From an uncultured Gemmatimonadales bacterium (GTDB lineage Bacteria > Gemmatimonadota > Gemmatimonadetes > Longimicrobiales > Gaopeijiaceae): DNA of 64,000 nt. The stretch is taken from NCBI GenBank assembly GCA_963823035.1, contig CAWGKG010000007.1, forward strand, positions 160,001-224,000. Reading direction: 5' to 3'. Both the position numbers and the translations under genes were made by a program. Positions 60,011 to 64,000 of the stretch are shown one piece after another (the first letter of the stretch is position 1; every line of letters starts with the position of its first letter). Under the pieces are notes generated by a model. The model saw nothing but the letters and a program-made list of their open reading frames with translations, had not been told where the DNA came from and searched no databases.

Positions 60011-60366
60011 AGCGGCCCCTCGCCCGGGAGGAGGCGGCGGTCGCGCGCCAGCTCCAGCACGCGGCGGAGGCGGGCCGCCTCAGCCCGCAGGGCCGCCTCG
60101 CCGTGACCCGTGAGGCGGTAGTACTTCCGCGCGCGGCCGGGGTGCACGTCCGCGGCGTCCTCGGGGCGAGGCGCCTCATCGACCAGCCCCGCGCCCATGA
60201 GGCGGGCCAGGACGCGATACAGCGAGCCGATCTCGGGCGTCACCGAGCCTCCGGACTCCGTGGCCACCGCCTTCATGATCCCGTAGCCGTAGAGGGCGCC
60301 CTCGCTCAACACGAGCAGCACGTGGAAGTCGGTGGGAGAGAGCGGTGACGGCTCGTCCGGGCTCAT
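60007..60366 (-). CDS. PadR family transcriptional regulator
   Basis: FHVLLVL...YGYGIM...GSLYRVLARL...RKYYRLT. Confidence 0.92.
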   Translation of the reverse strand: MSPDEPSPLSPTDFHVLLVLSEGALYGYGIMKAVATESGGSVTPEIGSLYRVLARLMGAGLVDEAPRPEDAADVHPGRARKYYRLTGHGEAALRAEAARLRRVLELARDRRLLPGEGPL

Positions 60367-60411
60367 GGCGGATCCGCAGGGGGAGCGAGGCGCGGCAGTG
60401 GCGTGTCCTGG

Positions 60412-60440
60412 CCTATACAGGCACAAGACATGTATATAGG
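60412..60440. promoter_or_regulatory. AT-rich inverted repeat upstream of padR, candidate PadR operator
   Basis: CCTATA-N17-TATAGG with nested TATACA-N11-TGTATA. Confidence 0.55.
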
Positions 60441-60586
60441 CGCCCGACTCCTCGCAAGGGCTGCGCGCGCGCTCGGGACGCGGCGTACGGCCCTGCCGGA
60501 CGTGGCCGTGGGAGTCACCCTCCTCGAAGGGGCGCTCCCGGCGACCTTGCGCGCGGCCCCGACCCCGACGAGTCATCCCCTCCACG

Positions 60587-61402
60587 ATGATCTACCGCGA
60601 GCACATCCCCTGCCCGGCACTCACGCCCTACGTGGCCTGCTACTGGACCCTTCGGGGCCAGGTGGCCGTGGAGGACGCACACGACCGCGCCGTCGTGCCG
60701 GACGCCTGCATGGACATCCTCTTCAACCTCGCGCCGGGCGCATCGGGTTCCGTCGCGAGCCAGGTGATCGGCACGATGACGCGGCCGCTCCCGGTCCACA
60801 GCGCCGGGACGCTCGATCTCCTGGGCGTGCGCTTCCGCGCGGGGGGCGCGGTTCCCTTCCTGCGCCTGCCCGCCTCGGAGGTCACCGACGGGACGCTCGC
60901 GCTCGGAGACGTGTGGGGCGCAGGGGCGGCCGACCTCACGGACCGCCTGCGCGAGGCCGGCGACACCGCCGCACGTCTCCGGGTCCTGGAGGCCGCCCTC
61001 GGCGGCCGGGTCGACGCGGCACGCGCGGAGGTGGACGGAGCCGTACTCGTCGCGACGGGACTCGCCGAACGTTCGCGGGGCACCGTCGACGTCGACGCGC
61101 TGGCCCGGGCCACCGGGCTCGGGCGGAGGCAGCTCGAGCGCAGGTTCCTCGCGGTGGTGGGCCTTCCTCCAAAGACCGCCTGCCGCGTGCTGCGCTTCCA
61201 GGCCGCGCTCACGCGCCTCCACGACCCGGCGGGGCATGCCCTGGCGCGCGTGGCGCTCGACTCCGGCTACCACGACCAGGCCCACTTCACGCGGGACTTC
61301 AGAGCCTTCGCGGGCGTGACGCCGGGCGCCTACCGACGCGCGCTGCCCGCCGCGGGCGTGGATGACGCATCCGTACAAGACGACGGCGGGGCGGTCCGGT
61401 AG
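60587..61402 (+). CDS. AraC family transcriptional regulator (DUF6597-like N-terminus)
   Basis: VVPDACMDIL, GVRFR, RQLERRF..VGLPPK..RVLRF, GYHDQAHFTRDF. Confidence 0.92.
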   Translation: MIYREHIPCPALTPYVACYWTLRGQVAVEDAHDRAVVPDACMDILFNLAPGASGSVASQVIGTMTRPLPVHSAGTLDLLGVRFRAGGAVPFLRLPASEVTDGTLALGDVWGAGAADLTDRLREAGDTAARLRVLEAALGGRVDAARAEVDGAVLVATGLAERSRGTVDVDALARATGLGRRQLERRFLAVVGLPPKTACRVLRFQAALTRLHDPAGHALARVALDSGYHDQAHFTRDFRAFAGVTPGAYRRALPAAGVDDASVQDDGGAVR

Positions 61403-61458
61403 CTTGCGTTCACGATTGCGGACCGTCCCCGGACGCCGGCCCCCACGGAGAAGCTCCC

Positions 61459-61965
61459 ATGCGCGTAACCCTCCTCGCAGCGTCGTGGCTCGCCGCCCTG
61501 ACCCTGGCCCCGGCACCGGATCCCCGAACCCTCCAACCCACCGAGATCCCCATGAAGAAGCTCACCCCCATCATGACGGTCGACGACATCGAGCCCTGCC
61601 TGCCCTTCTGGACCGACCGGCTCGGCTTCGAGACCACCGCCACCGTTCCGCACGGCGACAAGATCGGATTCGCCATGCTGCAGAAGGGCAACGTGGAGCT
61701 CATGTACCAGTCCCGGGCCTCCGTCGCGGACGACCTGGGGCCGACGAGCGCGGCCAGCGGTCACGACGGCCTGGTCGAGCGCATCGCGGGAAGCACGACC
61801 ACGCTCTTCATCGAGGTCGAGTCCCTGGACGACGTGGTGGCCGCCCTGGAGGGCGCGGACGTGGTCGTGCCGCGCCGCCAGACGTTCTATGGGATGGACG
61901 AGATCTTCGTCCGCGCCCCGTGCGGCACCCTCGTAGGGTTCGCGGCACAGGCGGCGGGCGGCTGA
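61459..61965 (+). CDS. VOC/glyoxalase family protein
   Basis: MKKLTPIMTVDDIE...FWTDRLGF...TFYGMDEIFVRAPCG; start 61459 (signal-like extension) or 61552. Confidence 0.85.
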   Translation: MRVTLLAASWLAALTLAPAPDPRTLQPTEIPMKKLTPIMTVDDIEPCLPFWTDRLGFETTATVPHGDKIGFAMLQKGNVELMYQSRASVADDLGPTSAASGHDGLVERIAGSTTTLFIEVESLDDVVAALEGADVVVPRRQTFYGMDEIFVRAPCGTLVGFAAQAAGG

Positions 61966-61975
61966 GCCGCCGGCC

Positions 61976-64000
61976 TCACTCGTCGCGCAGGACCCGCGCC
62001 ACCTCGAGGCGGGCCGCGCCACGCGCGGGAATCCACACGGCGAGGAGCGCGGTGACCGCCACCGCAACCACGACCGACAGCAGCGTGGTCGCGTCGTGCG
62101 CGCCCACCCCGTGGAGCTGCGTCCGGAGCGCGTCCCCCAGGGCGCGTGCACCGAAGAAGCCCACGGCGAGGCCAAGGGCCACGGTGAGGGCCGCGTCGCG
62201 GAGGAAGAGCCGTTCCACGGAGGCCCGGCTCGCGCCGAGCGCGATCCGCACGGCCAGGTCCCGCCGCCGCTGCCGCGCCGCGTAGGCGGCCACCCCGTAG
62301 AGGCCGACGAGGGCCAGGGCGAGGGAGAAGGCCGCGAAGCCACCCAGGAGCGTTGCGAAGAAGCGTGAGGGGGCCCGTGCCCTCCCGACCGCCCGTGGGA
62401 GGTCGGCCTCCGAATAGAGCGGCGTGTTCTCGTCGAGGTCGCGCACGATGGCGCGGACCTCGTCGCGGAGCGGCGGAAATCCGGGCCGGCGGCGCACGAG
62501 CAGGTCCATCCAGGCGCTCCGGGCCTGCGCGTACGGCACGTAGAGGGTCGGGCGTGGACCCGCGATCCCGTCTGCGACGTCCGAGACCACCCCCACCACG
62601 GTCAACCACGGGCCGGTCTCCTCCCGCATGTCGGGCATCGTCCACGCCGTGAAGCGGATGCGCGCCCCGACGGCGCTACCGGGGCGCGCCCCCGCCGGCG
62701 CGATGGCGGCAGCGAGCGTGGCGCTCACGACCGCCACGGGCGTCGCTCCGGGGCCGTCGTCGAGCGAGAAGAGCCGCCCGCTCCGACGCTCCATGCCGAG
62801 CACGTCGAACCACCCGGGGGTGGCGATCTGCGGCACCACCTCGGGGAGCGCGTCGGGTGCGGCGCCCCCCTCCACCTCGACGACCCGGGTGACCAGAGCT
62901 CCGGTGAACGGGGAGGAGCGCGCGAGTCCCGCCTCCGCCACGCCCGGAAGCTCCTCGGTGCGACGCAGCATCTCCTCGAAGAAGGCCGCCCGACGGTCCG
63001 GGTCGTCGGCGCGTTCGGTGGTCAGGCCCACCGTGTACGCCTCCAACCTGTCGGGCTCGAAGCCGAGCTCCATCCGCTCCAGGTGGAGCGCGGAGCGGAC
63101 GAGGAGCGCCCCCCCACCGAGGAGCACCACGCAGAGGGCCACCTGGGTCGCCACCAGAGCGGCCCTGACGTGTCCGGTGCCGGCCGTCTCCGTTCCGCTC
63201 CGCCCCCCTCCCCCGATGCCCCGATGGATGCCGCGCCGCGCGGCGATCGCGACCGAGACGGCGCCGAGGGCACACGCCGCGAGCACGCCCACCACCACCA
63301 CGGCGAGGATCACCGAGCCGTCCAGACGCAGCGCCTCCGTGCCCCCGGGGACGCTCCGTCCCAGGCGCGCCTCGATCAGGGCCCCGAGCGCTCCGAGCCC
63401 GGCCCACCCGACGCCGACCCCCACCGCGCCCGCACCCGCGCAGAGGAGGGCGGCTTCGGCGAAGAGGTGGGTCGCCAGCCGTCCCCTTCCCGCACCGAGG
63501 GCGCGGCGCACGCTCATCTCCCGCGTGCGGCCGCTCGCGCGCACCAGGAGAAGGAGGCCGGCGCTCGCGCCGGCGGCCAGGAGCACGAGGAGCGCGGCCC
63601 CCTGGAGCGCGAGGAGCTGCGGACGGATCGACGTGGTGTAAGCGTCCTGGAGCGGGCTCAGCCGGACGTCCTGCTCGCCCGGCTCGATCGCCCCGGCCGC
63701 GCGAGCCCGCTCGGCCAGCACCGCCTCGGCCCGTCCCGGTGGCACGTCCCGGCGCAGGCGCCCCACGTAGACGGGCCCGGGGCCGCGCAGCGGCGCGAGC
63801 ACGTTCGTGTAGCCGTTCAGGTACCAGAAGTCCCGGGGAAGCACCCCCACGATCGTGAAGCTCTCGAGGCCGTCGCGATCGTCCGCCGGATAGACCTGAA
63901 TGGTCCGCCCGAGCACACCCGGATCGGCACCGAAGCGGCGCGCCCAGAGCGCGTGGCTGATGACGGCCACCTCCGCGCCGCCCTCCACGGCCTCCTCCGG
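61976..64000 (-). CDS. Duplicated ABC permease, ADOP family (5' end outside the window)
   Basis: VISHALWARRFGADP, REMSVRRALGA, GLYGVAAY, VRIALGA, WIPARGAARL. Confidence 0.9.
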   Translation of the reverse strand, partial: PEEAVEGGAEVAVISHALWARRFGADPGVLGRTIQVYPADDRDGLESFTIVGVLPRDFWYLNGYTNVLAPLRGPGPVYVGRLRRDVPPGRAEAVLAERARAAGAIEPGEQDVRLSPLQDAYTTSIRPQLLALQGAALLVLLAAGASAGLLLLVRASGRTREMSVRRALGAGRGRLATHLFAEAALLCAGAGAVGVGVGWAGLGALGALIEARLGRSVPGGTEALRLDGSVILAVVVVGVLAACALGAVSVAIAARRGIHRGIGGGGRSGTETAGTGHVRAALVATQVALCVVLLGGGALLVRSALHLERMELGFEPDRLEAYTVGLTTERADDPDRRAAFFEEMLRRTEELPGVAEAGLARSSPFTGALVTRVVEVEGGAAPDALPEVVPQIATPGWFDVLGMERRSGRLFSLDDGPGATPVAVVSATLAAAIAPAGARPGSAVGARIRFTAWTMPDMREETGPWLTVVGVVSDVADGIAGPRPTLYVPYAQARSAWMDLLVRRRPGFPPLRDEVRAIVRDLDENTPLYSEADLPRAVGRARAPSRFFATLLGGFAAFSLALALVGLYGVAAYAARQRRRDLAVRIALGASRASVERLFLRDAALTVALGLAVGFFGARALGDALRTQLHGVGAHDATTLLSVVVAVAVTALLAVWIPARGAARLEVARVLRDE

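Overview
A very GC-rich bacterial window. Gene content (GWxTD and TonB-C proteins, PadR with orphan duplicated ABC permeases) suggests Gemmatimonadota or a related phylum, which is inference. Positions 1-17.8 kb are a minus-strand housekeeping run (pepA, plug-domain OM protein, yicC-gmk-rpoZ-coaBC-udg-dnaB-ispD-tsaC-LMW phosphatase-aroE-comF-gap-pgk), with an ECF sigma factor and a putative anti-sigma/TonB-C/GWxTD fusion sitting between gap and pgk. The rest is accessory: an imuB-like/small ORF/recX operon and a distant dnaE2 that share a TTCGG-N6-TTCGG candidate SOS operator; a TetR-controlled LolA-like/ABC/barrel operon; a TonB receptor with a multi-TM protein and a two-component system; an aminotransferase paired with a divergent transketolase; a sigma54-associated locus encoding a beta-barrel, a membrane protein, a kinase/NtrC pair, an 11-heme cytochrome c, a cytochrome b and a 12-13-heme lipoprotein cytochrome; and PadR/ADOP permeases. 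At least a dozen single-base frameshifts, some in essential genes, point to uncorrected long-read indel errors. I saw no rRNA, tRNA, CRISPR array, integrase or transposase.
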